Part shown: one piece after another, positions 28,270 through 37,666 of the stretch | How positions within the stretch are numbered: the first letter of the stretch is position 1 | Layout of the letters: every line of letters starts with the position of its first letter | NCBI GenBank assembly: GCA_965228735.1 | Contig: OZ245838.1 | Coordinates: 7,072,001-7,136,000 of the forward strand | From: Planctomycetota bacterium | GTDB lineage: Bacteria > Planctomycetota > UBA1135 > UBA2386 | Direction of reading: 5' to 3' | DNA: 64,000 bases | The notes under the pieces: model-generated | The model's database searches: none | Told to the model about the DNA's origin: nothing | Seen by the model: only the letters and a program-made list of their open reading frames with translations | Program-made: the position numbers and the translations under genes

Positions 28270-29076
28270 CTACTTGCCGTTCTTCTTGCCTGCTTCCGCG
28301 CGCTTGTTCTTCAGGTAGGCGCGCCAGTACTTGCGGTACTTCTGCGGCACCTTCGGCGTGCTGCCGCGGTGCTTCAGTGAGTTGAGGTAGGGCTGCAGCT
28401 CACCCCAGGTCTCCGCGCCCTCACCCGGGCGGCCCGGGCCGGTGGCGTTCTCGGGCGGGTTGGTGCCGCGACGGTTCGCGCCGCGCGCGTCGCGTTCGTT
28501 GCCGTCCGCGGGTTGGCTCGCCTGCTGCTCGTCACCCTGTTCGGTCGGATCGCCCGTCGGCTGGCGGAGATCCTGCTTCGCGAACTCGGGCGTGCTGGAC
28601 TCGCGGCGGTTCTGCGGCGAGCGCTGCGACGCCGCGCCAGTCGCCTTCGAACCCGGCTCGTTCTCGCCGCGACCGCTCTGGTCTCGGCCATTCTGACGTT
28701 GCGACGAGTTGTTCTGGCCGGACCGGCCAGAGCCACCGCCGCTTCAATTGCCGCACTGGTCCTTCAGCTCGTGCAGCTTCTCGATGAGGCGGTCGATGCC
28801 ATCGGCAGCGGCCTTGCTGCCGTCCATCGAACGCGCGAGCTTGTCCTTCGACGTCGTGCGGCCGCTCTGTGACGCGCTCGACTCGAGGAGCATGCGGTCG
28901 ACGTCTTCGAGCTGCTCGGTGACCTCACGCGCGATCTCCTGGATCTGCCGCATGGTGTCGGACGTGGTCGGAGCGGTGCTTGCGTCTTGCGCGGTGAGCC
29001 GGGCTGGGCAGAACAGCAGCGTGGCGAACGCCAAAGCGATCGGTGCCGCGAATCGTCTCGGGTCAGGGCCGGTCAT
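28270..29076 (-). CDS. Putative exported selenoprotein of unknown family with CxxU (CGNU; UGA at 28744-28746, codon 111)
   Basis: AAGGAG RBS, signal peptide and helical region ending LHELKDQCGN-TGA; then 157 more sense codons in frame (SGGGSGRSGQ...WGELQPYLNSLK...VPQKYRKYWRAYLK...GK-TAG) with no usable internal start; strong hairpin 12 nt after the UGA. Confidence 0.72.
28713..28731 (-). promoter_or_regulatory. Candidate bacterial SECIS hairpin after UGA 28744
   Basis: Perfect inverted repeat UCUGGCCGG-U-CCGGCCAGA giving a G-initiated (G)GUC(C) loop about 20 nt after the UGA. Confidence 0.65.
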
Positions 29077-29172
29077 CGTCCATCTCCTTGGTGGTGACCA
29101 GTGCGGGGTGCCAGAGTCTTGGGGTGAGCAACAGAGGATACGGCATGGCGGGGCAGCCGTCGACCGGGTCGG

Positions 29173-31620
29173 CTACCGCAGGTCCACCCGCGCCTCGGGC
29201 GCCTTCAGGCTCTCGGGAATCGTCATGTCGGTCTCGCCCCGCAAGCCGTCGTCGGTCCAGAACTCGAGGTGGTAGCGGCCCGGCGCGAGCGTGTAGCTCA
29301 GCTCGTAGGGTCGCAGCGGCGAGGTGTAGAGCTTGCCCTCGTACTCGCGCGCGATCCGGCCGGTCGCGTCGGTGAAGCGGTAGCCGCGCGTCTTCGACTT
29401 CGACTGGCCCTCGGGCCACCAGATCGCGACCTTGCCGATCGCGCCGGCGCGCAGGTCGAACGTCGCGTCCGTGGTCTGGCCGGCGACGACCGTCGCGCTG
29501 CCGCTGAGCGCGACCATGCCCTTGAAGTAGGCGGTGATCTTGTAGTCGCCCGGCGTGAGGCTCGCGGCGACGATCTCGCTCTTGCGGCCGATCTCGACCC
29601 GCGTGCCGAGGGCATCACCGTCGCGACGCAGGTAGAAGTTCGGTTCGAACTCCGTCGCCCGCGCGTCCCGGTTCACGAGCACGCGCAGGCTGCCGCCCGT
29701 CTCCGTCGCGAGCACGCCGGTGTCGACGTCGCCGCCCGGCGGCAGCTCGTGCCAATCCGACGACGCGAGCACCGTCTCGCCCTCCTTGAGAATGACGCGG
29801 AACTTGCACGGCTTCACGTCTTCGACGCGGAACGCGCCGTTCTCGATCTTGACGCCCGGCCGGAACCACCCCGCGTCGGAGTTGATCGTGACCGTCACGT
29901 TGTTGGGGTTCTGGATCCGCGCGCCGGAGTCCGCGATGCGGCCGCTGACCGTGCCCGTCGCCTGCTTGACCGGTTTGTCGTAGTCGACCGTGAACTCGAC
30001 GATGCCCTGGTCCGGGACGACGCCGCTGCGTCGCGGCGCGGTGTTGCCCTTCGGTGCGTCGAACGGCGGCTGCACGCGCACCTCGTAGACGGAGGGCTCG
30101 AGGCAGAGGAACCGGAACGTGCCGTCCTTACTGCTGTTGATCGTGTGCTTTTCGCCGCTGCGCTCGTCCTGCAGCGTGACGAACAGATACGGGATCGGGT
30201 GGCCGTCGCGATACCGCACGATGCCGCTGATCGTGCGGCCCGGATCGATGACCGGGTCCCACTGCACGTCGCTGCCGGGCTCGACCGTCAGCGTCTCACG
30301 CGCGAGCGCGACCGAGATGCCGTCGCGGCCGCTGTGCTGCCGTTGCGCGAACATCCAGACCTCGCCCGGGGTGACGTTCTCGATCCGATAGCGCCCGTTC
30401 TCGTCGGTGATCGCCTGCAGGCCGCCGAACGTCTCGTCGAAGTCGATCTGCCCGCCGGCGAGGAAGCTCGTCCCCGGTTCGCGGTCGTATGCCGACACGG
30501 TGGCCCCGACCTCGGGCTCGCCCTTCTCGTTCTTCACGTGGCCGTGGACGATCGCGCCGCTCGACAGCTCGATGTCGAGCGTCGTGGTCGCTGCCGCGAC
30601 GACCTTGGCCTCGCCGCGCCAGATGCCGAACCCGGGAGCGCGCGCGGTGAGCGGCGTCGTTCCGGTGCGCAGTCCGATGAGCGTGTAGCGCCCGTTGCTG
30701 TCGGTCTCGACCGTGCGGATCGACCACGCCTCGATGAAGCGGCCGCCTTCGTAGTCGAGGTTGCGCGGGCGCTTGCCGGCCGCGACCTGGGCGCCGGCGA
30801 TCGGTTCGCCTTTCGAATCCGTGACGATGCCCGTGAGCCCGCCGCCGCCCGGGCGCAGCTGCAGATCGACGCGGGCCGGCATCGAGCTCACGTCGACGAT
30901 GTCGAGGTCGACGAGTGCGGACGGCGCGAAGCCGCGCCCGATCGCGCCGAGCGAGCACCCGGGCGGCAGGTCCACGAGCTCGAACTTGCCGGTCTCGTCC
31001 GAGTGTCCGAGAACGCGCGCGCCTTCCCACGACGTGCGCGCCGTCTGCAGCCAGATCTCGGCGTTCGCCACCGGCCTGTTGCGCGGGTCGGTCACCATGC
31101 CGGTGACGTCGACTCCGGGCTTGACCTCGAACTCGAACTCGTTGAGGCCGGGCTCGACCGTCAGGCTCTTCTGATCGCGCCGTTCCGTCGACAGGTAGTA
31201 CTTGCCCGGCGTGAGGCCGGCGAACTCGGCGCGGCCGTGCTCGTCGGTCGTGCCAAGCGCGGAAGACCGCGAGATCCGGTTGCCGCGCATGCGCTGCACT
31301 CGGATCTTGACGTTGCGCACGATCGCGCCGCCTTCTTTCGAAACCGTCGTGACGCGCAGCAGCGCTTCACCGTCAGCGATCTCGGGCTCGCCGTCACCCG
31401 TCGCCGTCGCTTCCGTCCGCAGTTCGTTGCTGGCCGGTTGCGGCGCTTCGTCGACGTCGGTCGCGGCGAGCTCGCCGTCCGAGGTGTCGGCGGTGAGGTT
31501 CGTCTCCGGCGCGTTCGGGGTCGGCGCCGGCGCGGCGTCACCGCGAGACCAGAACAACCAGATGGCGCCGGCCACGGCAGCGAGCAGCAGCGCGACGACG
31601 GGGAGCTTCGATCGGGGCAT
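29173..31620 (-). CDS. Membrane-anchored carboxypeptidase-regulatory-like repeat protein
   Basis: GGAGG RBS before ATG 31620; N-terminal TM, Pro/Ala/Thr linker, then repeated beta-sandwich units. Confidence 0.85.
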   Translation of the reverse strand: MPRSKLPVVALLLAAVAGAIWLFWSRGDAAPAPTPNAPETNLTADTSDGELAATDVDEAPQPASNELRTEATATGDGEPEIADGEALLRVTTVSKEGGAIVRNVKIRVQRMRGNRISRSSALGTTDEHGRAEFAGLTPGKYYLSTERRDQKSLTVEPGLNEFEFEVKPGVDVTGMVTDPRNRPVANAEIWLQTARTSWEGARVLGHSDETGKFELVDLPPGCSLGAIGRGFAPSALVDLDIVDVSSMPARVDLQLRPGGGGLTGIVTDSKGEPIAGAQVAAGKRPRNLDYEGGRFIEAWSIRTVETDSNGRYTLIGLRTGTTPLTARAPGFGIWRGEAKVVAAATTTLDIELSSGAIVHGHVKNEKGEPEVGATVSAYDREPGTSFLAGGQIDFDETFGGLQAITDENGRYRIENVTPGEVWMFAQRQHSGRDGISVALARETLTVEPGSDVQWDPVIDPGRTISGIVRYRDGHPIPYLFVTLQDERSGEKHTINSSKDGTFRFLCLEPSVYEVRVQPPFDAPKGNTAPRRSGVVPDQGIVEFTVDYDKPVKQATGTVSGRIADSGARIQNPNNVTVTINSDAGWFRPGVKIENGAFRVEDVKPCKFRVILKEGETVLASSDWHELPPGGDVDTGVLATETGGSLRVLVNRDARATEFEPNFYLRRDGDALGTRVEIGRKSEIVAASLTPGDYKITAYFKGMVALSGSATVVAGQTTDATFDLRAGAIGKVAIWWPEGQSKSKTRGYRFTDATGRIAREYEGKLYTSPLRPYELSYTLAPGRYHLEFWTDDGLRGETDMTIPESLKAPEARVDLR

Positions 31621-31682
31621 GCGAGTCCTCCGGAGATCGTGACGATACCGGATCCGACGCAGCAGCTGGTCCCGAACTCCGG

Positions 31683-31820
31683 CTACCGCAGCTGGAGTGC
31701 GCGAACGACAGGTTGGTCGCGGACTTCGATCTCCTCGTCGATCGTCATGGTGCTTTGCAGCTTGTTCGGGCCGGACGCGGTAATGCGATAGTGGCCCGGT
31801 GGGAACTGCAGACAAGGCAC
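31683..31820 (-). pseudogene. Orphan 3' remnant of a carboxypeptidase-regulatory-like gene
   Basis: VPCLQFPPGHYRITASGPNKLQSTMTIDEEIEVRDQPVVRALQLR-TAG resembles the last repeat of neighbouring paralogues; out of frame with both flanking genes. Confidence 0.55.
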
Positions 31821-31845
31821 CCGCGGTGGTCGACAGATCCCCGGG

Positions 31846-34800
31846 TCAGCGATCCCAGTCGGCCGGCAGTCGGATTTCGATCTCGGCGGCTTCGTGCTCG
31901 GTGAACGAGATGGGCGGGAGGGTCACGAACATCCGTTCGCGCGCGGCCAGATCGTCGAAGTGCGCGATGAGGTGCTCCCGAAAAGCCGCCTCATCCTGCA
32001 GGCTGCGAACCCGAACGCGCGGGACCGCGAGCCCGGGCGTCGACGTGATCGCGGTGCGGCCGTCGTCATCCGTGGGTTCGTGCGCGCTGGTCAGCGCAGC
32101 CCCATCGCGCAAGAACGTCAGCTTGGCGCCTGCGAGTGGGCTGCCGTCCGGGGTTAGCACCCGGACCCTCGCCGTTCCGAGGCGCACATCGAAGTCCGCC
32201 GTCGTGATCTGCCCGGACGCGACCGTTGCCTGCGCGCTCGAGTAGGCGCGCAGTCCGACGTCCCCGATGCGAACCCACGGGCCGGCTCGCCAGGTGCCGG
32301 CCGGCAACAGAATCCGGTATCGCCCGTCCCCGTCCGACTGCGCGTAGCGCGTCTCCCGGCGCGGTGAACCGTCGGCGAGAACGCCGTCGATGGCAGCGAA
32401 CTCGACCTGGCCCGTCAGTGGCTTGCCGGCGAGCGTGACCCGTCCTTCCATGCGTCCGAGTCGGTCCTGCGGACGGTTCAGCTCGATTTCCGCTTGCTCG
32501 GCGTCGCGTAGCGTGATTCCGGTGCGAACCGTTCTTCCGCTGTCGGTGAAGCTGCCGGGTCCGAAGGAGCGGTACGTCATGAGCTGCAGATCCCAGCGGC
32601 CGGGTGGGATCCCGCGCATTACGGCGACGCCATCATCATCGAACGAGAACGCTTCCTTGCTGCCCGACGGCGGAAAGTACACGGTGTCTCGTCCGGTGCC
32701 CTGTCGGAGGCGAATCGCGGGGTAACGGGCGCGGTCCTTCTCGGAGACGGGGCCAGCGCGCGGCATGCCGGCCTGCTCCCGGAGATCGGCGAGGAGTTCG
32801 AGGGGGCGCAACGTGACGCGGAGCGCCGCGCCGGCGTGCACCGTGGCGAAGATCGGTTCCGCGCTGAGTCGAATCCCGGTCAGGACGAGCGGATCGTGCG
32901 GGCCGGTGATGCGCAGGCAGTACTCCCGGTCGGGGTCGCCTGCCAGCTTGCAACGACCGTTCGGGGCGCTCTGGGAGTCGACGAGAAGCGCCCGGTCGCG
33001 GGTCTGCCTGTTCCAACGATCGATCGCGAGGGCGCGGGTCTCGAACGTGACGGGCGAGCCGGGGATCGGCGCGAGGAGTTCGACTTTGCTGCCGACCGAT
33101 GGCTCGCCGTCCGCGAACTGCACGTGCACCTGCTGGCGAACTGCATCCTGTAGTTCGACCTGCACGGCGTTCGGCACGTCGCGAGAGAGGTTGACCTCGA
33201 GCGGGCCGAAGACCGCGAGGCCGGACTTCGTGATCGGCTCGACGACGAGCCAGTAGGCGCCCGGTGGGAACCCCACGACCTCTGCCACCCCGCCGCTGTG
33301 CTCCCAACCGCCGCGGACGCGGGTATCCAGGGGCGAGGACCGGCTCGAAGCTCCGGGCTTCTGGAACACGCGCAGTCCGAACTGCTCGACGGCGGCTCCG
33401 TCGCGTGCCCGTGTTGCGTGAACCCGGAGACTCGCGCCTGCTCGCAGCACCAGCCGGACGGGGTTGTCACCCCAGTCATGCTGTGCCTCGCTCGTCAGCC
33501 TCTCGTAGCTGTCGTGCTCCACTTCGAGGTGGAACGGGCCGCTCGGACGATCCGAAGAACGGTGCTGCAGCGTGAAGGCGCCGTCGCGCTTCGTGCGCGT
33601 CGAGGCCCCGCTACCAATCTCCCACGCGGGCCGCACGGTCGCGTTGTGCACGGGTCGGCCGGCTTCGTCGACGACGATCCCGCGCAGGGTCGGGATGTCG
33701 TGTGCTCGCTCGACGGTGAGGTCGAGTTGCTTGCGAGGCAGCGCCAGTGTGGTCACCACTGGTTCGTCCGCGAGGCGCGCGCCGTCGAGCTTGACCTCCC
33801 ACGAACCGGCCGCCAGGCGCGTAGTGACCTCGAACGTCCCGTCCTTCTTCGTGTAGCCGCTGCCGTACGTCATCGACCGGAGGCCGTCGGACGATCCGCG
33901 GTTGCCCGTTCGAATGAACCGAACCCGAATGCCCTCGCGAGGTGCGCCGTCGACATCGATCACTCGGCCGGCGACGTGAACGCCGGGCTCGAGGACGACG
34001 TCCGCGAAGTCCCTCGTCGTGCGCGGCGCGATCGAACTCCATCGTCCGTAGGTTTCGGTGAACCCGTCGCAGTTCAGCGAGAGCGTGAACTGATGCGACG
34101 ACGGTGGATCGAACCGCACTTCGAAGCGGCCGTCGGGGCCGGTGATTGACGGTTCCGGGTCCTGCCAGTCGACGGGTCCATGATCACGGATGTGCGCGTT
34201 GAGGCGTTCGTCGTTCGCGGCCCAACCGTGCAGCTCCACGCGCACGCCAGCGACGGCGTCGCCGGTCGCATCGACGCAGCGTCCGCGCAGGGTGGCTTCG
34301 TTCGTCCTGGGAGCGATCGCCGGTGCGACGACCGGGTCGCGTTCGAAGCGCTGTTGATCCCCATGACCCGCGACGGGGTCCGTGACCGCAATTGTTCGGT
34401 TCGTCGAGGGGTTGGTGCCGGCAGCGATTCCCGCGGTGCGGTCGTGAGCCGCGGTGGTCCCGTTCGCGTTCGGTGGGTCAGGTTGCATCGCAACCCACCA
34501 CGCACCGGCAGCGCAGGCGATGGTCAGACCGGCAATGGCGAGGTTCTTCATGAGCAGTCCTCCGGCGATCGTGGCGGCGGTTCCGGCCGCCAGGTTCGTT
34601 GCCGCCGCGCTTGCACTGCCGGTCGCGACGCCAGCCGGCACCGCGATGGGCCTGCCGCCGGCGATCAACGGCACGAACGCCCCGGCCCAGTCGCGGCCGT
34701 GCCTCTTTCCGAGCGCCTGGCGCAGCTTCGCGAGTGCGCGCGACAACCGCTGTCGCACGGTCGCTTCCCGTTCGCCCGTGACCGCGGCGATGCGGGCGCA

Positions 34801-35220
34801 CGAGTGGCCATCGAGATAACGCGCGACGACGACGGAACGATACGGCTCCGGCAACGCCAAGACGGCGTCCGTGAGCTCCTTGTGCCGCTGCAGGCGGTCG
34901 ACGGCGTCCCCGGGTTCGGGGCCCGGATCCCGGTCGTGACTGGCACGCGCCTCGACGTCACGCCGGCGGGCGCGTCGGGCCCGCCACCGCGCGGCCTGAC
35001 GGCGGGTGACCTCGAACAGCCAACGGCGAATGCCAGCTGGCCCCTCGATCCGCGGCCGCCGATCCAGCGCGGCCGCGACGACGTCCTGCGTCACGTCATC
35101 GGCGTCCGAATCCGATCGGAGCAGCCGCAATGCGAGGGCCCGCACCCAGCCGTACTCGGCGAGGACGCGGTCTTCGAGGTTTGCGACATCGGCATCGGTG
35201 GAGCGGTCGGAGGCGGCCAT
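31846..35220 (-). CDS. ECF sigma-70 factor fused to a membrane helix and carboxypeptidase-regulatory-like repeats
   Basis: DADDVTQDV...RWLFEV; LPEPYRSVVVARYLDG...IAAVTGEREATVRQRLSRAL; TM LAIAGLTIACAAGAWWVA; repeats. Confidence 0.88.
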   Translation of the reverse strand: MAASDRSTDADVANLEDRVLAEYGWVRALALRLLRSDSDADDVTQDVVAAALDRRPRIEGPAGIRRWLFEVTRRQAARWRARRARRRDVEARASHDRDPGPEPGDAVDRLQRHKELTDAVLALPEPYRSVVVARYLDGHSCARIAAVTGEREATVRQRLSRALAKLRQALGKRHGRDWAGAFVPLIAGGRPIAVPAGVATGSASAAATNLAAGTAATIAGGLLMKNLAIAGLTIACAAGAWWVAMQPDPPNANGTTAAHDRTAGIAAGTNPSTNRTIAVTDPVAGHGDQQRFERDPVVAPAIAPRTNEATLRGRCVDATGDAVAGVRVELHGWAANDERLNAHIRDHGPVDWQDPEPSITGPDGRFEVRFDPPSSHQFTLSLNCDGFTETYGRWSSIAPRTTRDFADVVLEPGVHVAGRVIDVDGAPREGIRVRFIRTGNRGSSDGLRSMTYGSGYTKKDGTFEVTTRLAAGSWEVKLDGARLADEPVVTTLALPRKQLDLTVERAHDIPTLRGIVVDEAGRPVHNATVRPAWEIGSGASTRTKRDGAFTLQHRSSDRPSGPFHLEVEHDSYERLTSEAQHDWGDNPVRLVLRAGASLRVHATRARDGAAVEQFGLRVFQKPGASSRSSPLDTRVRGGWEHSGGVAEVVGFPPGAYWLVVEPITKSGLAVFGPLEVNLSRDVPNAVQVELQDAVRQQVHVQFADGEPSVGSKVELLAPIPGSPVTFETRALAIDRWNRQTRDRALLVDSQSAPNGRCKLAGDPDREYCLRITGPHDPLVLTGIRLSAEPIFATVHAGAALRVTLRPLELLADLREQAGMPRAGPVSEKDRARYPAIRLRQGTGRDTVYFPPSGSKEAFSFDDDGVAVMRGIPPGRWDLQLMTYRSFGPGSFTDSGRTVRTGITLRDAEQAEIELNRPQDRLGRMEGRVTLAGKPLTGQVEFAAIDGVLADGSPRRETRYAQSDGDGRYRILLPAGTWRAGPWVRIGDVGLRAYSSAQATVASGQITTADFDVRLGTARVRVLTPDGSPLAGAKLTFLRDGAALTSAHEPTDDDGRTAITSTPGLAVPRVRVRSLQDEAAFREHLIAHFDDLAARERMFVTLPPISFTEHEAAEIEIRLPADWDR

Positions 35221-35295
35221 TCGATCGGTATCTTCCTGGCGCACGGGTAGCGTGACAGGAATTCCGGATCAGGTCGTTGCCCGCATCGGTGCGAG

Positions 35296-36948
35296 CTACT
35301 GGAGCCCGATCTGCGCCGGCGCGGTCTCGGCGTTGAGGTCGAACTTGCCGCTCTTCAACAGCTGCGTGCCGGCGTGCAGTTCCCAGACGTAGTGGCCTGC
35401 AGGCAGCTCGGCAGTGGTCGGGTAGCCGCGCAGGAAACGCGCCCAAACGGGCACCCGCTTGCGGTCGAAGATCGTCAGGCAGTGGATGTCCGAACGAGGC
35501 ACGTCGAACGTCGCAGCGATGTCGACTTTGTGGGTTCCGGCGAGCGTCAGAACCACGGGTTCGTCGCCCAGCCCGGCGGTGTTGACGACCGTGTTGGCTT
35601 GCGACTGACCGCGCACGAATGCCTGGATCAGGTAGCGCCCGTTGCCGATGCCGCTGAGCTTGCACGTGCCATCCGACTCCGTGCGGCCGGAGCGGCGGTA
35701 CATCGACGGCTGCGGGAACCGCCGGCGATCGAGGTTCTGCCATTGGATCGTCGCGCCCGCCGCCGGTTCGCCCGTGGCGTCGACGACCTTGACGGCGACC
35801 TCTCGCGGTGGGTGCAGCGCGATCGTGCCGAGGTCGTGCTCGCCGGGCGTCAGACGCAGGAGGTCGTGGTAGTGCTCGAGATCCTTCGCCCAGATGTCGA
35901 GCTCGAGGATCCCGACCCGCTCGTTCTCGAGCGTGATGCGACCGTCCGCGTCCGTCGGGCGGCCGCCGCCACCGGACTGACTGTCGCTGATGCCGACCCT
36001 GGCACCCTCGACGGGCAAGCCCGTCGCAGCGTTGATCACCTGCAGCGTGACCGTCGTCGTGGATTCGCGGACGGTCTCGAGCGGAACTTCGAGGATCACT
36101 TCCTTGTCGCCCGGGTTCACGGTCGCGGTCGCGAGAACGAGGTGGCGGAACACCGCGGCAACGTAGATCGGCGGCGGCTCCGAAAGCTCGAGGATGCCCG
36201 ACACACCGGCCGGCATGGGGTCGCGTTCGCGCGCCATGAAACCGTTGGCTGCCCGCCACGAGCCGATCCCGAAACGCGAGTAGCCGCGCAGTTCGGTCAT
36301 CGGCAGATTGCCTTGGATCGGCTCCTTGGAGGCCACGGCGAGGACCTGGGTGTAGTGACCGAGCTTGGCCTCGGCGATGGCCTCGTGCAGCGGCTGACCG
36401 TCAGGGGTCTGGATCTTGACCGTCACGAGGAACGACGGTGAGAACGTCAGGTCGAGCCGCTGCGTCGGCGTATCGAAGATCTCGACCTCCTGCCGCAGGA
36501 CCGCGAAGTCCGCGGGTTTGGAGTACACGTTCCAGCGCCCTGGCGTGAGCCCGGTGAGCGCGAACCCGCGGCCGCCTTCGACGCTCGCCCGGCGTCGGAT
36601 CTTCGTATCCGCGACGCTCGAGAAGCTGATCGAACACTCCTCGATGGGCGTGCCGTCGGTCGATCGCGCCATGCCATAGACGAACGTGCCGAACGCCGGA
36701 TCGTAGTCGATGGTCGGACCGCTCGCGGTCGGGGTCGGGGCCGACTCGCGGATCGGGGCCGTGACCGGCGCGGTCTCGGCGCCGCGATCGAAGTTCGCAT
36801 TGGTTGCGAGCGTCGCATCGGATGCCGTGACGGTGCGATCCGGCGCGGGGTTCGGCTGCGGCGGCAGGGCTGGTTCGCTGCGAAACGCGACGAACCCGAG
36901 GAACAGGCCGAGTGCGAGGCCGAGAACGAGTGGGAGTGCTCGCTGCAT
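35296..36948 (-). CDS. Membrane-anchored carboxypeptidase-regulatory-like repeat protein
   Basis: N-terminal TM, Pro/Ala/Thr linker, repeated ATG.P..GA...TD.DG units. Confidence 0.83.
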   Translation of the reverse strand: MQRALPLVLGLALGLFLGFVAFRSEPALPPQPNPAPDRTVTASDATLATNANFDRGAETAPVTAPIRESAPTPTASGPTIDYDPAFGTFVYGMARSTDGTPIEECSISFSSVADTKIRRRASVEGGRGFALTGLTPGRWNVYSKPADFAVLRQEVEIFDTPTQRLDLTFSPSFLVTVKIQTPDGQPLHEAIAEAKLGHYTQVLAVASKEPIQGNLPMTELRGYSRFGIGSWRAANGFMARERDPMPAGVSGILELSEPPPIYVAAVFRHLVLATATVNPGDKEVILEVPLETVRESTTTVTLQVINAATGLPVEGARVGISDSQSGGGGRPTDADGRITLENERVGILELDIWAKDLEHYHDLLRLTPGEHDLGTIALHPPREVAVKVVDATGEPAAGATIQWQNLDRRRFPQPSMYRRSGRTESDGTCKLSGIGNGRYLIQAFVRGQSQANTVVNTAGLGDEPVVLTLAGTHKVDIAATFDVPRSDIHCLTIFDRKRVPVWARFLRGYPTTAELPAGHYVWELHAGTQLLKSGKFDLNAETAPAQIGLQ

Positions 36949-37006
36949 GTCTTCTCCAGGGACAGCGTGAGGGGTCGCGGCGCGGCGCGCCGATCAGCCT
37001 TCCAGT

Positions 37007-37558
37007 CTAGCGAGTTCGCGGCGAGTTCGCCGGGATCGGCGGTTGCCGACCGCCGGCCAGCACGAACGCCGAGAACGCGGGATCCGTCGTGACCTCACGC
37101 GTGGCCCAATCGGGCAGCGCAATGCCGTCGAGCTCGGCGTCGGTCTCGCACTCCACTTCGGCGAGGATCAGGCCGGCGCGGTGGGCGGGTTCTTCCCAGA
37201 CGTCGACGGCCCAGGTCGCGCCGTGGTGCTCGAGCGAATAGCGCCGCTTGCAGCAGTCGACGCCGGGAAGCGCGGCCAGCGGCGGCGATTCACCTGGTGC
37301 GAGGTAGATCGTCGTGAGCAGCCGACGCCGTGGATCATCCGGCGCGTCCGGGTCCGGTCGCTTCTGGCCGAGCTTGGTGACGAGGTGGTCGCCGCCTGGC
37401 GACTCCACGCGGCGAATGCGCAGCTCGGCGCCAGTAACGAAACGATCGCGCAGGCGGACGAAGTCGCCCTCGTCGACCCCCGGGGGCAGGCGATCGAGCA
37501 CGAAGCGGCGTTCGCGCTCGACGCGCGCGTAGTCGGTGCGTTGCAGAGGTCGGGTCAC
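37007..37558 (-). CDS. CYTH-like (triphosphate tunnel) domain protein
   Basis: ERERRFVL, LRIR, KRRYSL, VDVWE, LILAEVE, WATREVTTDPAF; start taken at GTG 37558. Confidence 0.78.
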   Translation of the reverse strand: MTRPLQRTDYARVERERRFVLDRLPPGVDEGDFVRLRDRFVTGAELRIRRVESPGGDHLVTKLGQKRPDPDAPDDPRRRLLTTIYLAPGESPPLAALPGVDCCKRRYSLEHHGATWAVDVWEEPAHRAGLILAEVECETDAELDGIALPDWATREVTTDPAFSAFVLAGGRQPPIPANSPRTR

Positions 37559-37666
37559 GTCGTCATCGCCGAGTGTAGCAGTCCGGTGGCGTGGACTTGC
37601 GCCCCGTGCTACCGGTGCCCGCGGTGTTGCCCCTGCGCGGGATAGTGTCGTGCTAGGCTGGTCCGA

